Source of the DNA: an uncultured delta proteobacterium
GTDB lineage: Bacteria; Desulfobacterota; Desulfobacteria; Desulfobacterales; UBA2156
Reading direction: 5' to 3'
DNA length: 64,000 nt
Assembly (NCBI GenBank): GCA_963736855.1
Contig: CAVTQK010000020.1
Coordinates: 105,670-169,669, forward strand
The notes under the pieces are model-generated. The model saw only the letters and a list, made by a program, of their open reading frames with translations. It searched no databases and was not told the origin of the DNA. Shown here piece after piece: positions 1-12,025 of the stretch. A program made the translations under genes and the position numbers. How positions within the stretch are numbered: position 1 is the first letter of the stretch; every line of letters begins with the position of its first letter.

Positions 1-563
1 TCTTCGGGATAGACCTGGCCCGTGGGGTTATTGGGAGAGTTGATCAGGACCGCCTTGGTCTTTTCCGTGATAGCATCCGATATGGCGTCCAAATCCAGTG
101 CAAAGCCAGGTCTCGTGGAAACGGTTTTAAGAATTCCTCCATGGTTGTCCACGTAAGTGTTGTACTCCACGAAATAAGGGGCCGGGCAGATGACCTCGTC
201 TTGAGGATCGAGGATGGTTTTCAAGGTGACGTTGAGGGCGCCTGCCGCACCGCAGGTCATGATGACTTCGTCTTGGGTCACTGGTGTTTTCTGTTCTTTG
301 GAAAGATATCCGGCAACGGCCTCCCTCACGAAGGGGTATCCTGTGTTTGGCATGTAGCCATGATCTCCGGGTTTGGAGGATTGAATCAGATCGAGCAACA
401 CCTCCTTAAACCGATCCGGCGGAGGGAGGTTGGGATTGCCTAGGCTGAAATCAAATACATTTTTTGCCCCGTGCTTGGCTTTTAGCTTTGCTCCCTCTTC
501 AAACATCTTGCGGATCCAAGACTGCCGACTCTGCATCATCTCGATTTTTTTGGCAACCGTCAT
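1..563 (-). CDS. PLP-dependent class I aminotransferase (aspartate aminotransferase-like), 3' end outside window
   Basis: Manual translation from ATG at 563: MTVAKKIEMMQSRQSWIRKMFEEG...FDFSLGNP...YMPNTGYP...MTCGAAGALN...LINSPNNPTG. Confidence 0.88.
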   Translation of the reverse strand, partial: MTVAKKIEMMQSRQSWIRKMFEEGAKLKAKHGAKNVFDFSLGNPNLPPPDRFKEVLLDLIQSSKPGDHGYMPNTGYPFVREAVAGYLSKEQKTPVTQDEVIMTCGAAGALNVTLKTILDPQDEVICPAPYFVEYNTYVDNHGGILKTVSTRPGFALDLDAISDAITEKTKAVLINSPNNPTGQVYPE

Positions 564-643
564 GAAAAGTCTCCAGATTTCCATTCCGCCGAACCGGTCA
601 GCCGTTCAGGCTGGGGATCGACAACTGGCGTTTCGTATTTGGA

Positions 644-865
644 TTAATTAACCGCTTCCACGGATTTGACCTCCGGAACATCCCCTTTGATCAGCCGCTC
701 GATACCGTTTTTAAGCGTCATCTGGGACATGGGGCATCCGGCGCAGGCTCCCTGAAGACGGACTTTCACCACGCCGTCGACAACGTCCACCAGCTCGACA
801 TTTCCGCCGTCCCGCATCAGCAGTGGCTTGATCTTATCAATGGCTTTTTTCACTTTTTCTTTCAT
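644..865 (-). CDS. NifU C-terminal/NfuA-like Fe-S scaffold
   Basis: IKPLLMRDGGNVELV...LQGACAGCPMSQMTLKNGIE with CxxC. Confidence 0.92.
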   Translation of the reverse strand: MKEKVKKAIDKIKPLLMRDGGNVELVDVVDGVVKVRLQGACAGCPMSQMTLKNGIERLIKGDVPEVKSVEAVN

Positions 866-931
866 GGGGTTCTCCCTTCTGCTTGGCCTTTTAGGTCCTA
901 AAAGTATGCCCAGACATTCTGTGTGACCATA

Positions 932-3117
<2,186 letters not shown>

Positions 3118-3120
3118 GGA

Positions 3121-3309
3121 TTATAGCTTTCGCCCCAGATAAACCAGAAAAACACCCAAAGCCATCAGGATCAAACCCAGGTTTCGCAGGCTTTTCTCCT
3201 GCATGATCTCGATCTTTTTCATCCAGGTTTTCATTTTTTCCGGAAACACAAAATACGGAAGGCCCTCCACCACCATCACCATTCCCATTACACATAAAAA
3301 AAAGTCCAT
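3121..3309 (-). CDS. DUF2065-like small membrane protein
   Basis: GMVMVVEGLPYFVFPEKMK...LRNLGLILM, two hydrophobic helices. Confidence 0.8.
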   Translation of the reverse strand: MDFFLCVMGMVMVVEGLPYFVFPEKMKTWMKKIEIMQEKSLRNLGLILMALGVFLVYLGRKL

Positions 3310-3437
3310 GATTTTACCTGGTTAGCTCCGTCCTGGCTTCTGATATCGTTTGTCTGCCACCCACAAAAGCGCTTGACTATACACCATAACAAGCGTTACA
3401 GGAAAGTCCAAAACGTATTAAAACCACGGGGAAATTT

Positions 3438-4868
3438 ATGACATTCGAACCGATCATCGGGCTTGAGGTCCACGCCCAGCTCAAAACCAAGACCAAGATT
3501 TTTTGCGGGTGTTCCACCGTGTTCGGAAGTCCTCCCAACACCCACATCTGTCCGGTATGCCTGGGAATGCCGGGGGTGTTACCGGTACTGAACAGAACGG
3601 TAGTCACCTATGCCGCGAAAATGGCGCTGGCCACCCACTGCACCCTCTCCCGTGTCAGCCGGTTTGCCCGGAAGAATTATTTCTATCCGGATCTCCCCAA
3701 AGGGTACCAGATCTCCCAGTATGAAGAACCGCTGGCTCAAAAAGGGGTTATTGAAATCGAAACCGACGGGCAGAGCAAACGGATCCGTATCACCCGGGTT
3801 CACATGGAAGAAGATGCGGGAAAACTCACCCATGATCTCCATCAGGGTTTTTCCCGGGTGGATTTCAACCGTACCGGGGTACCGCTCATTGAAATCGTGA
3901 GCGAACCCGACATCTCCTCCCCCCGGGAAGCCGCGGCTTATCTCAAGCAACTCCGATCCATCCTCCGCTACCTGGATGTGTGTGACGGGAATATGGAGGA
4001 AGGGAGCTTCCGATGCGACGCCAATATTTCCATCCGGAAAAAAGGAACAACAACACTCGGAACGCGAACGGAACTGAAAAACCTCAATTCGTTCAAGCAC
4101 GTGGAACGGGCCCTCCAAATTGAAATCGAACGCCAGACTGAGATCCTTCAAGACGGGGGTCACATCCTTCAGGAGACCCGGCTTTACGATCCGGACAAAG
4201 ACCGAACCCGTTCCATGCGGGGAAAGGAGGAGGCTCACGATTACCGGTATTTTCCGGACCCCGACCTGATTCCCATAGAACTCGATGAAGATTGGATCGA
4301 AGCAATTCGACAAAGCCTTCCGGAATTGCCGGATGAAAAAAGAGCTCGCTTTATCGATGCATACTGTCTTCCTGCATATGACGCCGATATCCTCACTTCC
4401 AGCAGGGAACTGGCCGACTATTTCGAAAATTGCGTCCGATCTTTCCCGCAGCCTAAGTTGGTAAGCAACTGGATCATGGGACCGCTTCTTGGACTCCTTG
4501 GCGCCCGGGGTTTTTCCATCGAAAAGAGCCCTGTTTCCTATGGTTACTTAGCCGAGCTGCTGGGCCTCATCGATCAGGGGGTGATCAGTCAGAAAATCGC
4601 CAAAAACGTCTTTGACGAGATGGCTGAAACCGGAGAAACTCCCAAGGCTATCGTGGAAAAAAAAGGACTGTCGCAGGTCAGCGACACCGATATTCTCGAA
4701 GCAGCGGTCCGGCGCGTCCTCGACCGATCGCCGGACGAAGTCAGTGCTTACCGGGACGGAAAAGTCAAACTGTTCGGCTACTTCATCGGACAGATCATGA
4801 AAGAAACCCGGGGAAAGGCCAACCCCAAGCTGGTCAATGAAATCTTGGAAAAATGGCTTTCCGGATAA
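3438..4868 (+). CDS. gatB: Asp/Glu-tRNA amidotransferase subunit B
   Basis: [43 protein letters not shown]. Confidence 0.98.
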   Translation: MTFEPIIGLEVHAQLKTKTKIFCGCSTVFGSPPNTHICPVCLGMPGVLPVLNRTVVTYAAKMALATHCTLSRVSRFARKNYFYPDLPKGYQISQYEEPLAQKGVIEIETDGQSKRIRITRVHMEEDAGKLTHDLHQGFSRVDFNRTGVPLIEIVSEPDISSPREAAAYLKQLRSILRYLDVCDGNMEEGSFRCDANISIRKKGTTTLGTRTELKNLNSFKHVERALQIEIERQTEILQDGGHILQETRLYDPDKDRTRSMRGKEEAHDYRYFPDPDLIPIELDEDWIEAIRQSLPELPDEKRARFIDAYCLPAYDADILTSSRELADYFENCVRSFPQPKLVSNWIMGPLLGLLGARGFSIEKSPVSYGYLAELLGLIDQGVISQKIAKNVFDEMAETGETPKAIVEKKGLSQVSDTDILEAAVRRVLDRSPDEVSAYRDGKVKLFGYFIGQIMKETRGKANPKLVNEILEKWLSG

Positions 4869-4929
4869 CGACCGGCTTTTTACCCGGATCGTATTCCGGA
4901 TGACCGAATTTAAAAAGGAGCATTTGTTC

Positions 4930-6585
4930 ATGAACCCAAAACAGCATCGGATTCCCTTTTTTATTTTAATCTTTCTTTTCACGGCAACCTTTGTCGCGGC
5001 AAGAAATTCCGCGGCAACTCCGCTTCGGGTGGCCATCCTCCCCTTTCAGATAAATGCTCCGTCCGAGCTTTCGCATCTCAAACAAGGGATTGCCGACATG
5101 CTGGCCTCCCGCCTGACCTGGGAAGACAAGGTCGTGGTTTTTCGGGTAGATGATCCGGCAAAAGAAACTCAAAAAGGCCCGATCAGCGAAAAAGCGGCTC
5201 GGGAGATGGGAGCTGCCCTTCAGGCAAATTTGGTCCTTTTTGGAAGCCTCACCGCACTGGGCAACAGCATCAGCATCGACATCAAGCTCGTCGATCTTTC
5301 CGGTGAAAAACCGGTCCGCACTTTTTTTGTCCAAAGCCTCTCCCTGGATGAGGTGATCCCCAAAATCGATCTTTTGGCCTCCGACATCAATGAAGAGGTC
5401 TTCGGCCGGACACTGGCAAAGAAAGAACCGGCCCATCAGCCTGCACCCCAACAGCCGAAGGACGATTCCCGCACGCATCCGGAAAAACTGGTCCAGGGCG
5501 GATTCCAGGACAGCGGCGGCGCCGGCCAAAGTGAAATTTTCCTGCCGGGACCCGAGGCATCCTCGAGGGCTAACTTTTGGAAAAGTTCCAATTTCGGATA
5601 CCTCATCAATGGAATAACCTTAGGGGATGTCAACGGCGATAAAAAGCCAGAAACCGTGGTCGTTACCCCCTCCGAAGTGCGTATCTTTTCGATGGAAGCC
5701 AACCGATTCAAAGAGATTGCAAAAATCGACATGGGACGCTTTATCCACATCGTGGGTGTCGATTCAGCGGACATCAACGGAAACGGATATGCTGAAATTT
5801 TTGTGAGTGCCACAAACACTCAAAAAAACGCGGCCCAATCCTTTATCCTGGAATTCAATGGAACCCAGTATGTCCCGATATTGGAAAACAGCCCATGGTT
5901 TTACCGGGTAGTAGACCAACAGACAGGGAAACCGATATTGCTGGGCCAGAAAATCAGTCTCGGTGATCCTTTTTCCGGTGATATTGTCGAATTGACCTGG
6001 AAAGAAAAAAAACTTTCCCGAGACCGAACGGTATGGGACAAGGCTGGATTGAACCTGATGGGATTTTCCCTGGGAGATGTGCAAAATAACGGGCAGCCGC
6101 TTTATCTGGCATACGATTCTTACGATCACATCCGGCTTCTGGGATCGTCGGGTAAGGCCTTGTGGGAAGGAAGCGACAAACTCGGAGGAAGCACCCTCTA
6201 TTTTACCCTCTCCCAGGTGGACCCCGGTGTGGAAAATATCCAGTATCTTCCCATGCGCCTTGTCGTTCAGGATATCAATAACGATGGGAAAGCCGATGTC
6301 ATCGTTGCTAAAAACCACGAGATGGCAGGCAGGCTTCTCGATCGCTTCAGGGTCTATACCAAATCCCAGTTCCAGTTTCTTTCCTGGGATGGTATCGGGC
6401 TCTCCCTGGTTCAGGAAACCCGAGCCATCTCCGGGTTTGTCCGGGACTTTTTCATCGGTGATTTCGATGCCGACGGAAAGGACGAACTGGTGGCTGCCAT
6501 TGTCATCAAGGAAGGGAGTATGGCCTTTACAGAGCCTAAAAGCACCATTATTGCGTACGAGATGAATGATATGCCAAAACGCTGA
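4930..6585 (+). CDS. Secreted FG-GAP/VCBS-repeat protein with N-terminal CsgG/TolB-N-like domain
   Basis: Signal peptide; VAILPF motif; repeated GDVNGDKKPE, ADINGNGYAE, DINNDGKAD, GDFDADGKDE. Confidence 0.75.
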   Translation: MNPKQHRIPFFILIFLFTATFVAARNSAATPLRVAILPFQINAPSELSHLKQGIADMLASRLTWEDKVVVFRVDDPAKETQKGPISEKAAREMGAALQANLVLFGSLTALGNSISIDIKLVDLSGEKPVRTFFVQSLSLDEVIPKIDLLASDINEEVFGRTLAKKEPAHQPAPQQPKDDSRTHPEKLVQGGFQDSGGAGQSEIFLPGPEASSRANFWKSSNFGYLINGITLGDVNGDKKPETVVVTPSEVRIFSMEANRFKEIAKIDMGRFIHIVGVDSADINGNGYAEIFVSATNTQKNAAQSFILEFNGTQYVPILENSPWFYRVVDQQTGKPILLGQKISLGDPFSGDIVELTWKEKKLSRDRTVWDKAGLNLMGFSLGDVQNNGQPLYLAYDSYDHIRLLGSSGKALWEGSDKLGGSTLYFTLSQVDPGVENIQYLPMRLVVQDINNDGKADVIVAKNHEMAGRLLDRFRVYTKSQFQFLSWDGIGLSLVQETRAISGFVRDFFIGDFDADGKDELVAAIVIKEGSMAFTEPKSTIIAYEMNDMPKR

Positions 6586-6596
6586 TTCGGAATATT

Positions 6597-6790
6597 GATG
6601 GCTTCGTAAAAAGGTTCATCTGCTGCGTCGCACTGCAAGTCTTTTCGCAAAAAGTGCGAAGGGTTGAGCGTTAAGACATCTCAAGCTGTCTCAGGCACTT
6701 GTGCCGAGTTCTTGAGATTTAGCGAAACCCTTTGGACTCTTCCGAAAAGAATTGCGGCCCGAGAAAAATCGGCCTTTTTACGATTTCATC
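6597..6790. mobile_element. MITE copy 1 (~190-bp subfamily)
   Basis: Ends GATGGCTTCGTAAAAAGG / CCTTTTTACGATTTCATC; flanked by AATATT on both sides. Confidence 0.85.
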
Positions 6791-6808
6791 AATATTGAAA
6801 GCGCACAT

Positions 6809-6844
6809 AAAAAACCCCGGGGTGATCGCTCACCCCCGGGGTTT
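6809..6844. terminator. Intrinsic terminator of the porin gene, possibly bidirectional
   Basis: AAAAAACCCCGGGG-TGATCGCTCAC-CCCCGGGGTTT hairpin between convergent genes. Confidence 0.8.
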
Positions 6845-6877
6845 AGTTTTATTGAACGTTAAGCGATCAGGTCAAAA

Positions 6878-7926
6878 TTAGAAATTAATCTGAGTCTTAA
6901 CGCCAAAATAGGTCAGCTTGCCTTCGTCAGCGCCAGCCCGGCTGTCCTGGTAGTCGTAAATGCCGATTTCCGGAACCAAAAAGAAACCCTTGGCCGGAGA
7001 GATCGTGGCCTGGATGTAATAAACCATGGTCTCGTCATCCGACTGACCCGCCACATCGGTTTCATTGGTGACCATGCCGATACCGCCTTCAAAGGACAGC
7101 ATATCGCTCACCTTGAAGCCGACGGCCCCTGCATAACCCAGGGTCGTGGTGTCTTGAATGGTACGGTTAACAAGCTGAGCACCATCCGCACCCACAGTGT
7201 TGGAGCCGTAATCCCCGGTGTTCTGGCCGTAATGAGCGCCGACCTGGACATAAGCCGGTCCGAAATCGAAGGTGGCCTTGACGCCGACTACATAGGAATC
7301 CACGGAATAATCCGGGGCTTCAGCCGAATTTTCCACGTCAAAGGAATTGTATCCGCCGAAGACGCCGACGGAAAACTTGTCGGCTTTGAAGTCATAGCGG
7401 GCTTCGATTTTGGGTAAAGAATTGTCCACGTCGCCGCTGTTATCCCCGGTCAGACGCGCGCCCGTGGGGCGAACCAAAGCCACCTGGAGCCCGGCGACCT
7501 GGAGCTGGATCATCGGTTGCCGGCCGGCATAAAAGCCACCCATAGTCCAGCATATTGTCGTCATCGCCGAAAACCTGGTTTCCAACGGTGAACAAGGTCG
7601 GGGTGTAGTCCTGGCCGACTTCCAGCTCGCCGGCGCCGAAATTCCATTTTCCATAAAGGAGCCGCAGGTTGACACCGGTGCCGTATTCGAACCGACCGGT
7701 GATGGCGTCGGCCTTCACATTGGCTCCGATCCGGGCGTTGCCCTGGAGGTTATGGGTCAAACCGTCATCACCGAGATCTGCTCCATGCGGCCCATCCAGT
7801 TCACGATCTGTCCCAGAAGGTCTTCATACGGGCGCTGCCGTAGAAGCTCCAGTCTGCCGCCGTGACCGGGACGGTAAAAGCCACGACCATCGCCGCAGCC
7901 ACAAACAATACGAACAGTTTCTTCAT
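6878..7926 (-). CDS. Outer-membrane porin (beta-barrel), frameshifted near 7530 and 7770-7810
   Basis: AGGAGG then MKKLFVLFVAAAMVVAF...AADWSFYGSARMKTFW; middle LQGNARIGANVKADAITGRFEYGTGVNLRLLYGKWNFG; C-terminal YFGVKTQINF with terminal Phe. Confidence 0.8.
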
Positions 7927-8062
7927 CTTCATTTCCTCCTTAACGTGCATTTGTCTTCATCAAATTTCGTGCGTCCTTCATCGTTGCAGCCGATTTTGCG
8001 TATCTTCCGTTCCCACCCCCTTTCGCCTATCCAAAAGATTAAGGACATGGAAAATATGGCAC

Positions 8063-8091
8063 TTTATAACAACCGCGTTATTCCCTGTCAA
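8063..8091 (-). promoter_or_regulatory. Sigma70-type promoter of the porin gene
   Basis: TTGACA-17 nt-TATAAA on minus strand. Confidence 0.7.
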
Positions 8092-8107
8092 GCTATTTTT
8101 CAGGATT

Positions 8108-9127
8108 TCATGCCAAAAAACATGCGACTTCGTGCCCCGGTTCTACCTCCCTGAAGAGGGGGATCTGGTCTTTGCAGGGGGACTCCTCTCCTTTTGCACA
8201 TCGGCTGTAAAAGGGACATCCCGCCAAACCGGAAAATTCACGCTCTCTTTTTAAAAGCGTATTGTATCGGCCGGTTTTTTCGCCGTAGGCAAAGCGGGGA
8301 AGGGCATCGATGAGGGCCTGGGTGTAAGGATGCCTGGGATGGGTGATGACCGCTTTTCCTTCTCCCATCTCCACCAGATTGCCCCGATAGATAACCGCGA
8401 TGCGATCGCACAGGTATCGGGCCGCCGCCAAGCTGTGGCTGATGAAAAGAAAGGTCACATCGAAGCGTTTTCTAAGCTCCGAAAGGATGTCGAAAATCTG
8501 GATGGAAATAGGCGCGTCCAGCATGGAAGTGGGTTCGTCGGCCACCATCAGTTCGGGATTCAGAATCATGGCCCGGGCGATGGCCACCCGTTGCCGCTGG
8601 CCGCCGGAAATCTGATGCGGAAAGCGGTCCAAAAAATCCTCGGGGGGTGACAGGCGAACCGACTGGAGTATCTCGTAAACACGGTCTGTCCGTGAATTGC
8701 CGTTTCCCTTCCTGTGTATTACCAGGGGCTCTTCCACGGCATCGAAGACGGAAAGCCGGGGATTCAGGGATTGATACGGATCCTGGAAGATCATCTGCAC
8801 CCGGGCTCGGAAACTTTTAAGATTCCGTCCTCGCAAGAGGGTGATCTCCTTTTGATTCAGAAAAATTTTCCCGGAGTCGGGCTCCTCCAATTTGACGATG
8901 AGTCGCCCTGCCGTGGTCTTGCCGCTTCCGCTCTCCCCGATGAGCCCGAAGATCTCTCCTTTGCGGATGGAAAAGGATATCCGGTTCAAAGCCGTAACGC
9001 TCTTTCCGGTGCCCTTGAAAAACGATCGGACCTGCCGGTAGGTCTTTGTCAGCTCGTAAAGCCGCAGGATCTCGGAGTCGGCGTTTTTATCTATGGCCAG
9101 TGTCTCCTTCATAGGCACCGGTTGCAC
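8108..9127 (-). CDS. Oligo/dipeptide ABC ATPase (DppF/OppF-like)
   Basis: GESGSGKTT, ISGGQRQR, DEPTSMLD, C-terminal Cys-rich domain. Confidence 0.92.
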   Translation of the reverse strand: MQPVPMKETLAIDKNADSEILRLYELTKTYRQVRSFFKGTGKSVTALNRISFSIRKGEIFGLIGESGSGKTTAGRLIVKLEEPDSGKIFLNQKEITLLRGRNLKSFRARVQMIFQDPYQSLNPRLSVFDAVEEPLVIHRKGNGNSRTDRVYEILQSVRLSPPEDFLDRFPHQISGGQRQRVAIARAMILNPELMVADEPTSMLDAPISIQIFDILSELRKRFDVTFLFISHSLAAARYLCDRIAVIYRGNLVEMGEGKAVITHPRHPYTQALIDALPRFAYGEKTGRYNTLLKREREFSGLAGCPFYSRCAKGEESPCKDQIPLFREVEPGHEVACFLA

Positions 9128-10067
9128 AAAACCCGATGGGTCGGGCCAGCCGATACGTACTTAATGGGCTGCAGTCGGCAGGCTGATTCCGCGTAAGGGC
9201 AGCTCGTACAAAAGCGGCATCCCGGCACCGGATCGATGAGATCCGGGCCGTCTGCCGAAACTTGATGCTTCCGGATAACCTTTTCCTTGACCGTCAAAAA
9301 AGAGGACAGGAGCAATTGAGTGTAAGGATGCAGGGGCGTTTCCAGAACGGATTGCCTATCCCCGTATTCCACGAGGTGTCCACCGTAGAGGACGCCGATG
9401 TCGTGGCATACCTCCGCCACTACCGCAATGTCGTGGGAGATATAGATCATGCCGATGTCAAAGGCTTCCTGGATCCGTTTGGCCTCCTGGAGAATCTGAT
9501 CCTGAACAATCACATCCAGGGCCGTTGTGGGTTCATCCGCAATGATCAGCTTCGGCCGGAGCGCCAGGGCCATGGCGATGACGGCCCGCTGTTTCATTCC
9601 CCCGCTATATTGATGGGGAAAATCCCGCATACGGGATCTCGGAATCCCCACCTGATCAAAGAGCGCCTCCACCCGTTCCCGGATCATTTCCTGAGGAGTC
9701 TCCGGCTCATGGGTCAAAATCGCCTCGGCGATCTGATCGTCCACGTGATGCACCGGATTCAGGGCGTTCATGGCAGCCTGAAATATCATGGCGATCTTTT
9801 TCCACCGGATCTCCTGCATCTCCTCTGCAGGCTTTTTTGAATCAGGTCTTCCCCCTCAAACAGGATTCGTCCTTTTAAAATCTTTCCGTTTGGAGGCAGG
9901 AGCCTCAGGATGGCCATTCCCAGAGTGGTCTTTCCACATCCCGACTCTCCCACGAAGCCTAAAGAGCGACCAGGGTCCACTGTAAAGGAGACATCGTCCA
10001 CTGCCTGGAGGATTCCCTTTTCGGTATGGTACCCGATACTCAGTCCTTCAACCTCAAGCAGCGCCAT
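9109..10067 (-). CDS. Oligo/dipeptide ABC ATPase (DppD/OppD-like), frameshift near 9835
   Basis: MALLEVEGLSIGY...GESGCGKTT joined to IAMIFQAAMNALNP...YSGGMKQR...DEPTTALD. Confidence 0.9.
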
Positions 10068-10068
10068 T

Positions 10069-11001
10069 TCAGAATCTCTCCCCTTCCTTGCGCAGCCGGG
10101 GGTCCAGGACCTCATCCATGGCACGGCCCAAGAGATAAAAGGATAGGGTGATGAGCGAAATGCAAATCCCGGGGGGCAACAGCCAGTAAGGGGCCTTGAA
10201 CATGTGTCCGGTCTTCCAGACCCACTGGAGCATCATCCCCCAGCTCACCGTGCCCGGATCGCCGAAACCCAAAAAGGCCAGCGCTGCCTCGATGTTGATG
10301 GCAGCGGTGACGCGGAAGGTCATATACAAAAACGATAAAGGAAGCACATTGGGCATGATGTGCCTGAAGATGATGCGCAGATGAGAAGCGCCTGCGACCC
10401 TGGCGGCCTCGATGAAGGGGCGTTCTTTCAGAGTCAATGTCTGGGCGCGGATGACCCGGGAAACACCCGGCCAACGGAACAGGGCAATGATCAGGACGAT
10501 GCTCCAGATATTGAGTTGCCCGAAAAGGGCGGCCAGTATCAGGACCACCAGAAGGGTCGGCATTACCATGATCATATCCGCTGTCCGCATCAAGAGGGTG
10601 TCGGTCCATCGGCCCATGTATCCGGCGGTCATCCCGATGAGCGTCCCTAAAACGATGCTCACGAAAGCCGACGAGATCCCAACGGTAAAAGCCACCCGTG
10701 CGCCGGCTAGGAGCTGGCTGAAAAGATCCCGGCCCATGAAATCGGTCCCTAGCCAGTGTTTGACACTCGGTCCGGTGGAACAGGTAATCATGGGATCCAC
10801 CCCGCTCATGGGACGGTACATGGGGTCGATATAGGGCGGAATGAAACTGCAAAAGGCCATGAGGACAAAAACAAAAAGCAGACCAAGCCCGATTTTGCCC
10901 AGCAGATTCTTTTTATAGACGGCCCACCCTTCCTTCCAGCGCTCAATGTGGTGTCGGTGCCTGGACCGGGTTTTGCTGATCTTTCTTAAACGCTCGGGCA
11001 C
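10069..11001 (-). CDS. Peptide ABC permease (DppC/OppC-like)
   Basis: LGTDFMGRDLFSQL, FIEAARVAGAS, RHIMPN. Confidence 0.92.
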   Translation of the reverse strand: MPERLRKISKTRSRHRHHIERWKEGWAVYKKNLLGKIGLGLLFVFVLMAFCSFIPPYIDPMYRPMSGVDPMITCSTGPSVKHWLGTDFMGRDLFSQLLAGARVAFTVGISSAFVSIVLGTLIGMTAGYMGRWTDTLLMRTADMIMVMPTLLVVLILAALFGQLNIWSIVLIIALFRWPGVSRVIRAQTLTLKERPFIEAARVAGASHLRIIFRHIMPNVLPLSFLYMTFRVTAAINIEAALAFLGFGDPGTVSWGMMLQWVWKTGHMFKAPYWLLPPGICISLITLSFYLLGRAMDEVLDPRLRKEGERF

Positions 11002-11012
11002 CTCTCCCCCTA

Positions 11013-11990
11013 TTAGTAGCGGATCCGTGGATCCAGATAGGCATAAATCATGTCGACAACCACATTGGATACCAGCACCACCGCTGAAATTAGGAGGAAG
11101 GCGGCCTGGGCCAGGGGATAGTCGTTGTGGCTTACTGAAAATACGAGCTCCCTGCCGATCCCCGGCCAGGTGAAGACCGTCTCAGTTAAGGCACCCCCGT
11201 TGATGGAAAAGGCCAAGCTCAACCCGATGCTGGTCACCACAGGAAGCGCCGCATTGGGAGCTGCGTGTTTGTCTCGAATGACTTTTTCTTTAAGACCCTT
11301 GGCCCTTGCTGTCAGGATATAATCTTCCTTGAGCGTTTCCAGCATGGAGCTGCGCATGATGAGAAGATATGAGCCGAAATAGATCAAAGACAGGGTAAAA
11401 ACGGGAAGGGCCATGTGGTAGGCCACATCCAGGCCCTTGGCTAAAATTCCTGAAGATGGGTTCAGGAAAATCTCTTCCGAGATCATGCCGTTGATGGGGA
11501 ACCACCCCAGACGAAACGCAAAGACCCAGATCAGGATTAGCGCCATCCAGGGCAAAAAGACCGTGTGGGTCGCCAAGGCCAAAAGCGTCAGGAGGGTATC
11601 GGTTTTTTCCCCTTTCCTCCAGGCAGCAATTTTGCCCAAAAAGACACCGATCAACGCGGAGAGGATCACCGATGAGGTAAATAGGAGCACTGTATTGGGA
11701 AACCGGTCCCAGATAATCTCCATGACCGGCCGGCCGTAATGAAAAGAGTACCCCAGGTTGCCTGAAAAAAAATTTTTTACATAGTACAGATACTGGATCC
11801 ACAGGGACCGGTCCAAACCGAGCTGGGAAATCAAATGGGCTGCGTCTTCCGTCGTCATCTCAGGCCCGATCATCCGTGAGATCGGATCTCCCGGGGCGAT
11901 TCTGAAGAGGACGAAGAGGATCGTGAGGATCACGAAAAACGCAATTCCGATCTGGATCGTGCGACGACGGGCGTATCGCCACATCTCCAT
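11013..11990 (-). CDS. Peptide ABC permease (DppB/OppB-like)
   Basis: APGDP, DYILTARAKGL, ETVFTWPGIG, YLDPRIRY. Confidence 0.92.
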   Translation of the reverse strand: MEMWRYARRRTIQIGIAFFVILTILFVLFRIAPGDPISRMIGPEMTTEDAAHLISQLGLDRSLWIQYLYYVKNFFSGNLGYSFHYGRPVMEIIWDRFPNTVLLFTSSVILSALIGVFLGKIAAWRKGEKTDTLLTLLALATHTVFLPWMALILIWVFAFRLGWFPINGMISEEIFLNPSSGILAKGLDVAYHMALPVFTLSLIYFGSYLLIMRSSMLETLKEDYILTARAKGLKEKVIRDKHAAPNAALPVVTSIGLSLAFSINGGALTETVFTWPGIGRELVFSVSHNDYPLAQAAFLLISAVVLVSNVVVDMIYAYLDPRIRY

Positions 11991-12025
11991 GGTCAGTTTC
12001 CTTTTGACGCCTTGTTATAAAACTA

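Noticed and set aside
7520..7810. Phase variation in the porin
   Set aside because: No long homopolymer or tandem repeat at the breaks; same error pattern as elsewhere.
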